From assembly GCA_944389235.1 (NCBI GenBank), contig CALXLO010000002.1:54327-118326 (forward strand): 64,000 nucleotides of DNA, written 5' to 3'. Source of the DNA: an uncultured Alphaproteobacteria bacterium. GTDB taxonomy: Bacteria > Pseudomonadota > Alphaproteobacteria > Rs-D84. Made by a program: the position numbers and the translations under genes. Under the pieces are notes generated by a model that was not told the origin of the DNA, ran no database searches, and was given only the letters and a program-made list of their open reading frames with translations. Below are positions 35,422 through 45,257 of the stretch, piece by piece (position 1 is the first letter of the stretch; every line of letters starts with the position of its first letter).

Positions 35422-36312
35422 GTGAAAAAGCTTGGATTTTTATTTTTGCTTTTCTTGTTGCCATCTGTTGTGTTTGCGGCACCTGATGATACCGGGGGTA
35501 ATAATGCAGATACGACAGAAAATGCAGATGCCAGTAAATTATTATTATCTGTGCGACGAATAGGTTTGGATTTGTCGCAAACCCAGGTACGCAATGCCGC
35601 TGAATATCAGGATTCGCCAGTATCTGCGTTGAACGCGACCAGTCAAGATTATATCAAGGGCGTTTTTGATACAATATTGGAATTTACCAAAAACAAATTC
35701 AAATGGGATAACAGTTTATTTATGGAATATGGTCGCACAACATTAAAACCGTATGATGCGCCACCAACAACGGATGAAAACGCCGACAAGATATTATTTT
35801 CCAGTGATTTGTCGTATGCGTGTTGGGACTGGTCAGGATTGAAATTTGGTCCAACTGTGCGCGCGGCATACGAAACACAATTTGTCGACAGTGATGATAG
35901 TCCGCGGCAAAACATATTGCGTGCCAGTGGTGGTATTTCCTTGTTTGACCACGATATTCTAAAAAGTTTGTATTTAACTGGAATACACGAATATGATTTT
36001 ACATACGCCGGCAGCCAAAATAGTAAACTGGGTGCAGAATTTGGATGGCGTATGGAATATGAAATACGCCCAGGCGTTAAAGTTTCATCTGATGGTTATT
36101 ACCGTGAATATTTTTCATATTCTGAATATGTTTCAACAGATTTAGAACGCGATTTAAGCGCGGTATTGCGTTTAGATACTAATTTATGGGGCAGTTTTAC
36201 AATGGGGCCGTATGTTCAGTATCGTTTGGCCAAGGCGCGCGGGGCAATTGATTATGGCAGTAATCTAATATTCGGAATATCGTTTAATTATATAACTAAA
36301 TTCTTGTTATAA
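35422..36312 (+). CDS. Putative outer-membrane beta-barrel protein (296 aa)
   Basis: GTG start. Signal peptide MKKLGFLFLLFLLPSVVFA. Aromatic-rich alternating strands. Confidence 0.6.
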   Translation: MKKLGFLFLLFLLPSVVFAAPDDTGGNNADTTENADASKLLLSVRRIGLDLSQTQVRNAAEYQDSPVSALNATSQDYIKGVFDTILEFTKNKFKWDNSLFMEYGRTTLKPYDAPPTTDENADKILFSSDLSYACWDWSGLKFGPTVRAAYETQFVDSDDSPRQNILRASGGISLFDHDILKSLYLTGIHEYDFTYAGSQNSKLGAEFGWRMEYEIRPGVKVSSDGYYREYFSYSEYVSTDLERDLSAVLRLDTNLWGSFTMGPYVQYRLAKARGAIDYGSNLIFGISFNYITKFLL

Positions 36313-36373
36313 TTAATTATATGTGCGGCATTTTGTTCCGGTATTTGCAAATAATATATTGATTTTTCGTTTT

Positions 36374-38743
36374 TTATTTTATAACAGTAAATTTTATGTT
36401 TGTGCCGGCACCCATTTCATCAATTATGCGAACTGTATGTGTGCCCATGCGCACATTATATTGCAAGGTTTGACCAGATGTTGTCGTGCCAATCATTTCA
36501 TTATCCAAGAACCAAAATATTTTTGCATCTGGCATATCTGATATTGCCTGAAAAGAGATTTCTTCAAAATCTTGTCCAGATAAAATAACTGTTCGTGTGC
36601 CGTCAATTGGCGATAAGATGACCGGTTGTTTACGGGTTTGTGTTATTTCATCCAGTTTGCAACCAGGCATAAATGGGGGTGGGGTATTACGACGAATGCC
36701 GGCCCGACGAAACATGTCCAGATATTCTGCGTCCCAAAATTCAAATACTGCCATTTTAGTTGTATCAGGGTTATGTGTACATGCACGCAGACCTGTTTCT
36801 TTGTCAATTGCCACGGCGCGATATACAGATGATGTTTCTATGGGGGATTTACCGGGTATAAAATATGTCAGTACTGTTTTTGGACAATATTTACCCGCCA
36901 GTCCACCAACAACATCGCACATTTCTATTTGTGATATATTCATATCGTCGCGTAAAAAATTATTGTTATGTAGTGGCTGTCCAATATCTGCGTAATATTT
37001 GGCAACTGTTCGCGCCAGTGAAAAATATATTGGTGCCGCAGTTTTTGCACCACTGAATATATTATTGGGTGTGCCATCAAAATTACCGACCCATACGATT
37101 AATACAAAATCGCCGAATATGCCGGCTGTCCACGCATCGCGAAATGATGACGATGTGCCTGTTTTCCAGTAATGACGCAGATTATCAGACTGATTGCGTG
37201 CGAACGGAATTTTATATCTGGGCGTTTGTTGATGTGCCAACATATCCAAGACAAGAAAAAATGATTCTGGTGATAATATTTGATGACCGGCATCAATTTC
37301 ATCTGTTGTGATTGTTCGTAATTTGTGCCACATACCTAAATTTGCCATACTGGCATATATTTGCGCCAGTTCATACATTGAAACTTCGGCACCACCCAGC
37401 GCAATAGATATTCCATAATAATCTGGGGATTTCAGGTTTGATACACCTGCGTCAGATAATATTTTATAAAAGTTCTTGGTTCCGATTTGTTTTAATAAGT
37501 TAATTGCAGGTATATTACGCGAATGCGTCAGTGCATCACGCGCCAATACCGGTCCATAAAATTCATTATCTGCATTTTCGGGCGCATATACACCAAAGTT
37601 GATTTTTGCGTCTTTTAACAATGTCATGGAATGGATGTATCCTGAATCCGCCGCAGCTGCATATATAAGTGGTTTCAGCGTAGAACCAGGACTGCGCCGT
37701 GCGCGAACACCATCGTTTTCGCCGTATATTGATTTATCAAAATAATCAGCAGAACCAATATAAGATAATACATCCATTGTTTTATAATTAACTAATATTG
37801 CGGCAAGATTTTTAACACCATGTGATTTGCGGCGATTAATTTCTGTATTGATTGTGTGTTCCAATGCGCGCTGTAAATTCATATCCAGTGTTGTTGTAAT
37901 CGTTGATTCAAATGATGCTGGTTTTTGTCGATGTTTGTTTTGCTTTTGGATTTCTTGATTTATAAAATGTGGCGCGCTGAATGGTAAATCGCGCGGCTGT
38001 CTGGCGCGCAGTGGCATTTGTGACAACGCAATTAAGTTTTCATCATTCGGATTTATTTCAACCCATCGACGCACTAAATCACCGCGTATATTTTGAATAT
38101 TTGCTAAACCAGTATCTGTATTTAATCCCCGTTTTACCGGATTCTGTGGAACTGTTGCCAAGGTAATTGATTCAATCTTGCTTAAATTAGATGCGGATTT
38201 ATTAAAATATATTAATGATGCGGCGGCAATACCTTCGATGTTTCCACCGTATGGTGCCAGGTTCAGATATGCTTCTAGAATATCATTTTTTGAATAAAAT
38301 GCGTCTAAATAAAGCGCAACAAAAATTTGCTTTATTTTACCCGGAATGGTTCGGGTATCCATATTATACTTTATTCGTGCAACCTGCATTGTTATTGTTG
38401 ATGCACCAATCGGACGCGTCGCACCGTGGGTAAAATATGATATTGCTGCCTTGGTCAAAGATATAGGATTAATACCAGGGTGATAATAAAAATATTTGTC
38501 TTCGTATAATACTGTTGCGTTGCGCAAATATGGACTGATTTTTTCCAGTGGAATATACAGACGATAATAATCATCTGGGGTCAAAGTTATACGCATTAAT
38601 TCATCATGGCGGTCAAAGTACGCACGACCAAAATATGTATTTGATAACAACGGTGGTGTCAAAAATAGTTTTATAAACGCATACACCAAGACAATAATGG
38701 CAACAACTATCAACGGTCGGCGATAATTTGATTTAGTCTTCAT
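36374..38743 (-). CDS. pbpC: Penicillin-binding protein 1C (bifunctional glycosyltransferase/transpeptidase)
   Basis: GT51 motifs YEDKYFYYHPGIN and GASTITMQVAR. Transpeptidase SxxK (GSTLKP). C-terminal PBP1C-type domain. Overlaps the upstream A2M gene by 11 nt. Confidence 0.9.
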   Translation of the reverse strand: MKTKSNYRRPLIVVAIIVLVYAFIKLFLTPPLLSNTYFGRAYFDRHDELMRITLTPDDYYRLYIPLEKISPYLRNATVLYEDKYFYYHPGINPISLTKAAISYFTHGATRPIGASTITMQVARIKYNMDTRTIPGKIKQIFVALYLDAFYSKNDILEAYLNLAPYGGNIEGIAAASLIYFNKSASNLSKIESITLATVPQNPVKRGLNTDTGLANIQNIRGDLVRRWVEINPNDENLIALSQMPLRARQPRDLPFSAPHFINQEIQKQNKHRQKPASFESTITTTLDMNLQRALEHTINTEINRRKSHGVKNLAAILVNYKTMDVLSYIGSADYFDKSIYGENDGVRARRSPGSTLKPLIYAAAADSGYIHSMTLLKDAKINFGVYAPENADNEFYGPVLARDALTHSRNIPAINLLKQIGTKNFYKILSDAGVSNLKSPDYYGISIALGGAEVSMYELAQIYASMANLGMWHKLRTITTDEIDAGHQILSPESFFLVLDMLAHQQTPRYKIPFARNQSDNLRHYWKTGTSSSFRDAWTAGIFGDFVLIVWVGNFDGTPNNIFSGAKTAAPIYFSLARTVAKYYADIGQPLHNNNFLRDDMNISQIEMCDVVGGLAGKYCPKTVLTYFIPGKSPIETSSVYRAVAIDKETGLRACTHNPDTTKMAVFEFWDAEYLDMFRRAGIRRNTPPPFMPGCKLDEITQTRKQPVILSPIDGTRTVILSGQDFEEISFQAISDMPDAKIFWFLDNEMIGTTTSGQTLQYNVRMGTHTVRIIDEMGAGTNIKFTVIK

Positions 38744-41700
38744 TTGATACTGTAAATGTTCCGGTTTTGCCAGTTGCGTTTATTTCAGGGTTATACATTG
38801 ATTCTGCATGTATTGCCGGAATTGTAAATTTGCCGACGGTTCCCAATTGTGCAGTATATGTAAATACGCGTTCTGTGCGGGTAATGTCAGTGTAAATCAG
38901 AACGCGGTCATCGCGCATTTCTATAAATTCCATTTCGCCGGTTGCAGATTCTGGGTCTGGGATAAATCCCCCAGGCATTAAATCTGTTATTACAATATTT
39001 GCATTATCTGTATCACCGCGTGTGCGGACAGATATCTTTACAAATACACTATCACCCAATTCGCCAGATGTAATGCGCGTGCCGTTCGCATCATAGTATT
39101 CGCGTATAATCTCGATACCGTTTGAGTGCGCGTCTGATTCGGTCGGATAGCCTTGCTGTACAATGGTATAGAATAATTGTGCGCCGTTGTTTTTGCATTC
39201 TGGACATTGAATTTCCAGTGTCTTTGCGCCGGCAGGTATTGATGCAGCAATACTGGTGCCGTATTGTGTTGTCTGGATGTCATGACCATCAATATTAATT
39301 TTTATTGAATCAATGGATGCGTTTGATTTGCCGCCGGCCAGTGCCATAATTGCAGTGGCGGATGTATATGCGCTGTATGTGCCAGATGATATATATTCGC
39401 GAATTATATCGGAATTAATGGCACTGGCACCACCAAAGTGCGCGTTCATTAAATAGTAATACATTGCATCGTCAGATACATGATTGTTGAAAATTGTTGC
39501 GCCAATGTTTTTATCAGACGGGCGATATTTATTAATTAAATCTTCGGCTAAATCGTCTTGGTGCATCAGTTTATATGATGCGGCAATATAAGAGCCCAGT
39601 ATCCCAGATTTCCAATTTTTTATGTTTTTATCTGCGTATTCTGTGAATAAATCTATATAACTGGTTGATACATAATCATTTGCGGTAATTACATAAATCG
39701 CATACGCCACAGATGTTGCATCAGCAGGATTGGATATACTTTCACCAGCGTATGTTCGCAGATAGTCAATCCCGCGTGATAGCATTTGCGTTGGAACATT
39801 AAATCCAGCATCGTGTGCAATCTTCAAAAATTGAACAGCATACGCGGTCAGATACGCATCATTTGCAGTGTTGTTATTGTTTGGGTTAAACGAATTTGTT
39901 GTCGCCCACAGTGCAAAAGAACCGTCTGGATTTTGCCGGTTTTTTAATATATTTATTGCGTTTGCAACTTGTGTTGCTGATTCATCAAATGTTGTCCCCA
40001 GTAATTTATTATCGGGCATTAACACATACGGCATCGCGCGTGATATGGTTTGTTCTGTACATGGATATTCGTATTTTTCCAGATATGCAAACAGTGGCAT
40101 GATTAATGCAGACGCATCAGTGGATATATATATGTTGCGTGTACTGTATTCAGGATACATATCAATATTGAAATTTTTTATCTTTTTTGATTTTGAATCC
40201 AGTGCGTCTGATATAACATGGGTTTCAAATGTTGTTGCCGGTCGGACAGATATATTTGTTGTGGCTGTACGCGTTGCCAATATATTGTTGTCTGAACCAG
40301 TCATTTTGGCGTTTATACTTATTTCCGAATTGCCGATATTATCTGTTGCGTGTGCGCTAAATGTAAATAATTCTTCTGCGTTTTCTGGGATATCAGAATC
40401 GGTGTTTGTTGTACCGGAAATTTCCAGTCCGCCGACGGTTGATACATTAACATACGCATTTGCAGATTTACCAGATTTGGTCATGTTGGTTATGACTGCA
40501 TTAATATCAAATTCGTCATCTGGTGCGACCGCATTCGGCGCAGAAACAGAAATTATTACTGGCGATTGCACCAGTGTTTCTGTGTCAGCAGAACCAACAG
40601 ACGAATCGTTTGCCGCAACAGCAAATACTTGGATTGCGCCATCAAAATGTTGTGGAATTTCAAATTCGACTGTGCCGGGTACATTGGCAGTTGCGTTTAT
40701 TATACCAGAATAAAATGCGACAGATTTCACATCACGACGACCAAATGGATTTGTTAAAATTTGGTTTAATCCGTCGTTGCCAGCGCCATAATCACCACCA
40801 CCAGTTTTTGCCATTTCACGCCATATATTGTATTCTGGCAATAGTAATGATAATGTCTGGAAAGTATTTACTTGTAATGCAGCCTTTTGGAAAAAGTGCC
40901 GTATAGGATTGGGAATTTGATATTTTGCAACCTGTAATATCCCGCTGTTTACTGCAAATATCATTATTTTGGACGATTTGTTGGTTGTGTATTTTATATC
41001 CAGTTTATTATCACGAATTACATCTGGTACATCTAGCTGGATATCAATTTCATGTGCTGCGTTATCTGTTTCAAATGGTGCAACCGCGTATGCGTATGGT
41101 GTTGTGAAAATATCACGACTGTTTATATTGCGTACAAAAGATACATTTACATATCCGTTCCCACTGAACCCATCGGGCAGGGTAATGTGCTGAACCGTAG
41201 ATGTTGAATCTGTATTAAACCATTTATATGCGTATACTTTGTCGCGTTCCAAGGTAATTAATCCGGTGCCGGTATACGGTGCAGTTATACCGATTTCAAT
41301 TTCTGCACCAGGTTTGTATTTTGTGGCATTTAGTTTTATTTGTAATTCAGCGGTTGCATCGGTATCTGTTATTTTATTTTTACCGCCAACAACAAAGTAT
41401 TCAATATTTGCCAAAATATTATTGTTTGAATCAATAATTTGCAGGATATAATTCCCGCCACTGGATGTATCCAGATTTATATCAGTGCCATCAACAGGGA
41501 TACTGATGTCAGACTGTGATATTAATTTATCGCGCGTGGTCGTTTGATATTTGTAGTAATTATTATAATCTTTGACCAAGGTAGTTGTGTTTTCGCGGCG
41601 CATTAATTGCATAGTTAAATTTTTTACATCAATTTGCGTCGCATCTGACCCCAGTGCAATCAGGTGAATCTTTTGCGGGGTGTTTGTTTTTATATACGAT

Positions 41701-44447
41701 AAATCACCACCGGTTGCGCGCCATCCAACAACATAGGGAACATTTGATACACGGGTTGCGATGTTTGTTTGAACGCTTTTCCCGGAACCAGATTCAAAAC
41801 CATTGATGTTCAGTGTCAATGTATATGTGCCGTATGGAATATCGCGATTAAAGTCTATATTTATATTTGCGTTGCCATTTTCATTTGTTATCGCATCTGG
41901 CATATCCGCAGCAAAGGTTTGTGTGCGTCGGATTGTGTTATCAGATAAACCAGTGCCGTGTATAAAATTTGTTGTGAATTTATATCCAGCAAAATCATCA
42001 AAAGAATATTCTGATGGCGTTAATGTCGCGTGGGTGGTTATGCGGCGTTCTGTGGCAGGGGTGCCAAACAAGTTTCGCAATGACACTGCGGCGGTAATAT
42101 TATCTGTTGAAATCCAGCCGCCGTTTGATTGTGCGTCTGTGATTTTTGCGGTTATTTTCATTGTGTCGGGGGTAAATTCTTGGACATCAAAAGATGTCAT
42201 GCCCAGCATATTATCCATATCGTTATTTGCGTTTAATGAATATAAGTATGCAAACCATGTCCCCAATGCAGCACCATCTGATACTTTTTCGCGTATATCA
42301 AACATGCCATCAGATGTTAATGAAAATGCGTGTTCCATCACAGTGCGACCGCGTGCATCATTTACGATTAGTTTGACCGGAATACCAGATAATGAACTAA
42401 AAGAGTTATTCTTTACAATGCCGCCAAAAATAATTTCTTCGCCAGGACGATAAATTCCGCGGTCAGAAAACATAAATGCGTTTAATGGATTTGTCGCGGC
42501 GGAATATACACCATCTATATCATATTTTGAATATTCTACGCGTTGCGCGTATGCGTTATATGGAATAAAAGATACATCATTTCCGCGTCGGGCAACAATG
42601 GCAACAGGTTCGCGCGTGTTTCTGTATTCGGACCAATCCAGTTGTGGGATGTCGACGCGACCGTCGGCATTTGTGCGACCTGACCATACAGGGTTGCCAT
42701 TGCGACCTAAAACATATACATCTATGTCGGCGGCCGGTTTGCCAGTGGACAGATTTGATACAAATACAGACGAAGATTCATCCATGTTTTGTTTGCGTAT
42801 TATGCCCATGTCAGTCAGCAAAATTAAACGCTGGTCATTAAATTCGGCGGCGTTGGCAGTTGTGCCAGTTTGGATTATAAATATGCCGGTTTTGTCGTTC
42901 CCTGTACGGTCCAAGTATTCGCCTAAATTTATAGATGAATAGTTAGTACGCATAACGGACGAATTTGCAAATGCGATTCGCTTTTGAAACACAACTGACA
43001 TATCGTATGTTCCAAATGCCCAAGATTTGAACGCTATGTTTGGTGCGAAAATATCGTATGTTTGTGATATTAAATGATTTATTTCATCTGATTTTACTTT
43101 ATATAAATTTACATAGGCTGTATTAACCCCACCGCGTGCAGCAATGCCGATTTGTTGGTCGCCAGATAAAGATAATAATGCACCTGTGCCGATTATTTTC
43201 ACAGACTGGTTTGGATATGGAACACGCATAACATAAGATGCGCCGTTTTTCATTATGAAACCATTTGCAGATTTTGCACCATTATCCACAGATACATATA
43301 TGTATCGTGTTTGTCCGTCTGGGACAATATACTTGAACGCATATTGATAAACCCCACCGGGATTTATAAAGTCCATTTGTGATATGTCCAGACGCTGGGA
43401 CTGGGATAATACAGAATCAGATATTTCGTCGTTGGACCAGATGTGTATGTGCCCAGATTTTTGTTCGTCTGCATCGCGATATTGTGGTAATAAATACGCA
43501 TGCACATAATCAGTCCATTTTGTGTTGTTGTCCGCGGCAACAGAGGTGTTTAATAGTATTAACTGTTGTGCGTTGCCGTCGTTGTCATCAGCAACTATTG
43601 TGTCCAGTGATGAAATTTTGAATATATTATCGGCTGATTCAATTGTTATTTTTGCGTCTGTCGATTTTGTTTTTGATTTACCATCTGCGGCATGTATGCG
43701 CCCGATATTAATTTGCATTATTTGTGGTTCGTCGGTTATTTTCACAGGTTCTGATATTATCAATGCAGTGCGATAGAAACTGTCAAATTTTACTGAAAAA
43801 TCTAAATCATCATTATCCAATTCCATTGATATGTTATTATTAAAGTCATCAACATCAATTGCATAATTAAACGATATAACCGCAACACCGACAACAGACT
43901 GGGGCGCGTTTGGGGCATCGTATAAATTAAAGTTATCAATTTGTGTGGTAATGTCAGGCGTTTCAAATGTTATGCGTCGTGTGTTTGGGCGAATGTCTGG
44001 ATTAAAAATGTCTTGATTTATTTTTATTGTGAATTTTTCACCGGCTGGCCAATTGGCATCAGGGGTAAATGTGATGGCAGAATCCCCATTTGTACGCCAT
44101 GTGCCGCGTATAAATGGTGAAATAGTTATATTTTTAGCCAATGCGTCATCAGACAAATTCATAATAAATGCAGGTGAATATTCATCAGATTCAGAATTAT
44201 ATGAAATTGTTATATCCGCGGGCGCGGTTAGTTTCCTGTCATTATTAACATCAGGGATTGAACGGGCTGTGGCAAAGAACATATTTGCATTATCTGTAAA
44301 TTCAGCGGTTGTTGGTTCTGTTATGTTTGCGCGCAACAGGGGGCGTGAATTTGTACTGGCAATATGCCACCATGCAACAGCGGCCGCAGCAATTAAAGCC
44401 ACTGTTGTGATTATCCATTGGAATAAATTACGATGTGTATGTTGCAT
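38733..44447 (-). CDS. yfhM: Bacterial alpha-2-macroglobulin (YfhM-like), 1904 aa, membrane anchored
   Basis: N-terminal TM anchor (WIITTVALIAAAAVAWW), very long Ig-like MG-domain architecture, thioester motif YPCTEQ, and the known pairing with pbpC immediately downstream. Confidence 0.85.
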   Translation of the reverse strand: MQHTHRNLFQWIITTVALIAAAAVAWWHIASTNSRPLLRANITEPTTAEFTDNANMFFATARSIPDVNNDRKLTAPADITISYNSESDEYSPAFIMNLSDDALAKNITISPFIRGTWRTNGDSAITFTPDANWPAGEKFTIKINQDIFNPDIRPNTRRITFETPDITTQIDNFNLYDAPNAPQSVVGVAVISFNYAIDVDDFNNNISMELDNDDLDFSVKFDSFYRTALIISEPVKITDEPQIMQINIGRIHAADGKSKTKSTDAKITIESADNIFKISSLDTIVADDNDGNAQQLILLNTSVAADNNTKWTDYVHAYLLPQYRDADEQKSGHIHIWSNDEISDSVLSQSQRLDISQMDFINPGGVYQYAFKYIVPDGQTRYIYVSVDNGAKSANGFIMKNGASYVMRVPYPNQSVKIIGTGALLSLSGDQQIGIAARGGVNTAYVNLYKVKSDEINHLISQTYDIFAPNIAFKSWAFGTYDMSVVFQKRIAFANSSVMRTNYSSINLGEYLDRTGNDKTGIFIIQTGTTANAAEFNDQRLILLTDMGIIRKQNMDESSSVFVSNLSTGKPAADIDVYVLGRNGNPVWSGRTNADGRVDIPQLDWSEYRNTREPVAIVARRGNDVSFIPYNAYAQRVEYSKYDIDGVYSAATNPLNAFMFSDRGIYRPGEEIIFGGIVKNNSFSSLSGIPVKLIVNDARGRTVMEHAFSLTSDGMFDIREKVSDGAALGTWFAYLYSLNANNDMDNMLGMTSFDVQEFTPDTMKITAKITDAQSNGGWISTDNITAAVSLRNLFGTPATERRITTHATLTPSEYSFDDFAGYKFTTNFIHGTGLSDNTIRRTQTFAADMPDAITNENGNANINIDFNRDIPYGTYTLTLNINGFESGSGKSVQTNIATRVSNVPYVVGWRATGGDLSYIKTNTPQKIHLIALGSDATQIDVKNLTMQLMRRENTTTLVKDYNNYYKYQTTTRDKLISQSDISIPVDGTDINLDTSSGGNYILQIIDSNNNILANIEYFVVGGKNKITDTDATAELQIKLNATKYKPGAEIEIGITAPYTGTGLITLERDKVYAYKWFNTDSTSTVQHITLPDGFSGNGYVNVSFVRNINSRDIFTTPYAYAVAPFETDNAAHEIDIQLDVPDVIRDNKLDIKYTTNKSSKIMIFAVNSGILQVAKYQIPNPIRHFFQKAALQVNTFQTLSLLLPEYNIWREMAKTGGGDYGAGNDGLNQILTNPFGRRDVKSVAFYSGIINATANVPGTVEFEIPQHFDGAIQVFAVAANDSSVGSADTETLVQSPVIISVSAPNAVAPDDEFDINAVITNMTKSGKSANAYVNVSTVGGLEISGTTNTDSDIPENAEELFTFSAHATDNIGNSEISINAKMTGSDNNILATRTATTNISVRPATTFETHVISDALDSKSKKIKNFNIDMYPEYSTRNIYISTDASALIMPLFAYLEKYEYPCTEQTISRAMPYVLMPDNKLLGTTFDESATQVANAINILKNRQNPDGSFALWATTNSFNPNNNNTANDAYLTAYAVQFLKIAHDAGFNVPTQMLSRGIDYLRTYAGESISNPADATSVAYAIYVITANDYVSTSYIDLFTEYADKNIKNWKSGILGSYIAASYKLMHQDDLAEDLINKYRPSDKNIGATIFNNHVSDDAMYYYLMNAHFGGASAINSDIIREYISSGTYSAYTSATAIMALAGGKSNASIDSIKINIDGHDIQTTQYGTSIAASIPAGAKTLEIQCPECKNNGAQLFYTIVQQGYPTESDAHSNGIEIIREYYDANGTRITSGELGDSVFVKISVRTRGDTDNANIVITDLMPGGFIPDPESATGEMEFIEMRDDRVLIYTDITRTERVFTYTAQLGTVGKFTIPAIHAESMYNPEINATGKTGTFTVSNED

Positions 44448-44627
44448 ATTGATAACTCCCTGTCCTTTGGTACAGATTTAATCATAGAAATTAAAGTGTA
44501 AAAATACAAGACTTTTAATTATTGAGGTGTATGTTTTTGGTGGGAATTTTTGCCATGTAATTAATGCTGGGAAAAATGGGGTGGGAATGGTTTTTGTTTT
44601 TCTATTTTTAATTACAGGAGACTTACA

Positions 44628-45257
44628 GTGGTATACGGATATATACGCGTATCAACAGACCATCAAACAACAGAAAACCAGCGTTTTGAAATAAAAAAAT
44701 TTTGTGCCAAGCAAGAATTGATAATTGATTGCTGGATAGAAGAAACGATTTCATCAACAATGGATTTGAATAAACGAAAGCTGGGGCGGTTATTAAAAAG
44801 GATAAAAAAAGACGATATGATAATCGCATCAGAATTATCGCGCCTGGGGCGCAATTTGTTGCAAATAATGAGTATTCTGCATCATTGTATGGATGTTGGG
44901 GCAAAAATATGGACAATAAAAGATAATTATCGCTTGGGGTCTGATATTACCAGCAAGGTTTTAGCATTTGCGTTCGGATTGTCTGCGGAAATAGAACGGA
45001 ATTTGATTTCACAACGCACCAAAGAAGCATTGGCACGAATAAAATCCGAAGGTAAACATATTGGTCGCCCATACGGCAGTCGTAATATGTGCAAACTGCA
45101 AGGGTGTGAAAAATATATATCAGACAAATTGGCAAATGGAAATACACGACATGAAATTGCGCGGCGGCTGCGGGTGCACCGTGATACATTAAGCAAATTT
45201 ATCGTTTGCAATGGTATCAAGACCGAAGCAGATAATGTCGAACATTTCAGAATTTGA
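44628..45257 (+). CDS. Small serine recombinase (resolvase/DNA-invertase family)
   Basis: GTG start with aggag RBS. N-terminal catalytic motif YGYIRVSTDHQ, ...ASELSRLGRN..., ...ERNLISQRTKEALA...GRP, and a C-terminal HTH (RHEIARRLRVHRDTLSKF). Confidence 0.85.
   Translation: MVYGYIRVSTDHQTTENQRFEIKKFCAKQELIIDCWIEETISSTMDLNKRKLGRLLKRIKKDDMIIASELSRLGRNLLQIMSILHHCMDVGAKIWTIKDNYRLGSDITSKVLAFAFGLSAEIERNLISQRTKEALARIKSEGKHIGRPYGSRNMCKLQGCEKYISDKLANGNTRHEIARRLRVHRDTLSKFIVCNGIKTEADNVEHFRI

Noticed and set aside
39868-42453. Long plus-strand ORFs inside the alpha-2-macroglobulin gene (39868..40713 and 41803..42453). Similar antisense ORFs occur inside polA, clpB, pgk, nifJ, the autotransporter and the 834-aa gene.
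   Set aside because: They are embedded antisense in strongly supported genes, have low-complexity translations and lack an RBS. These are typical shadow ORFs.
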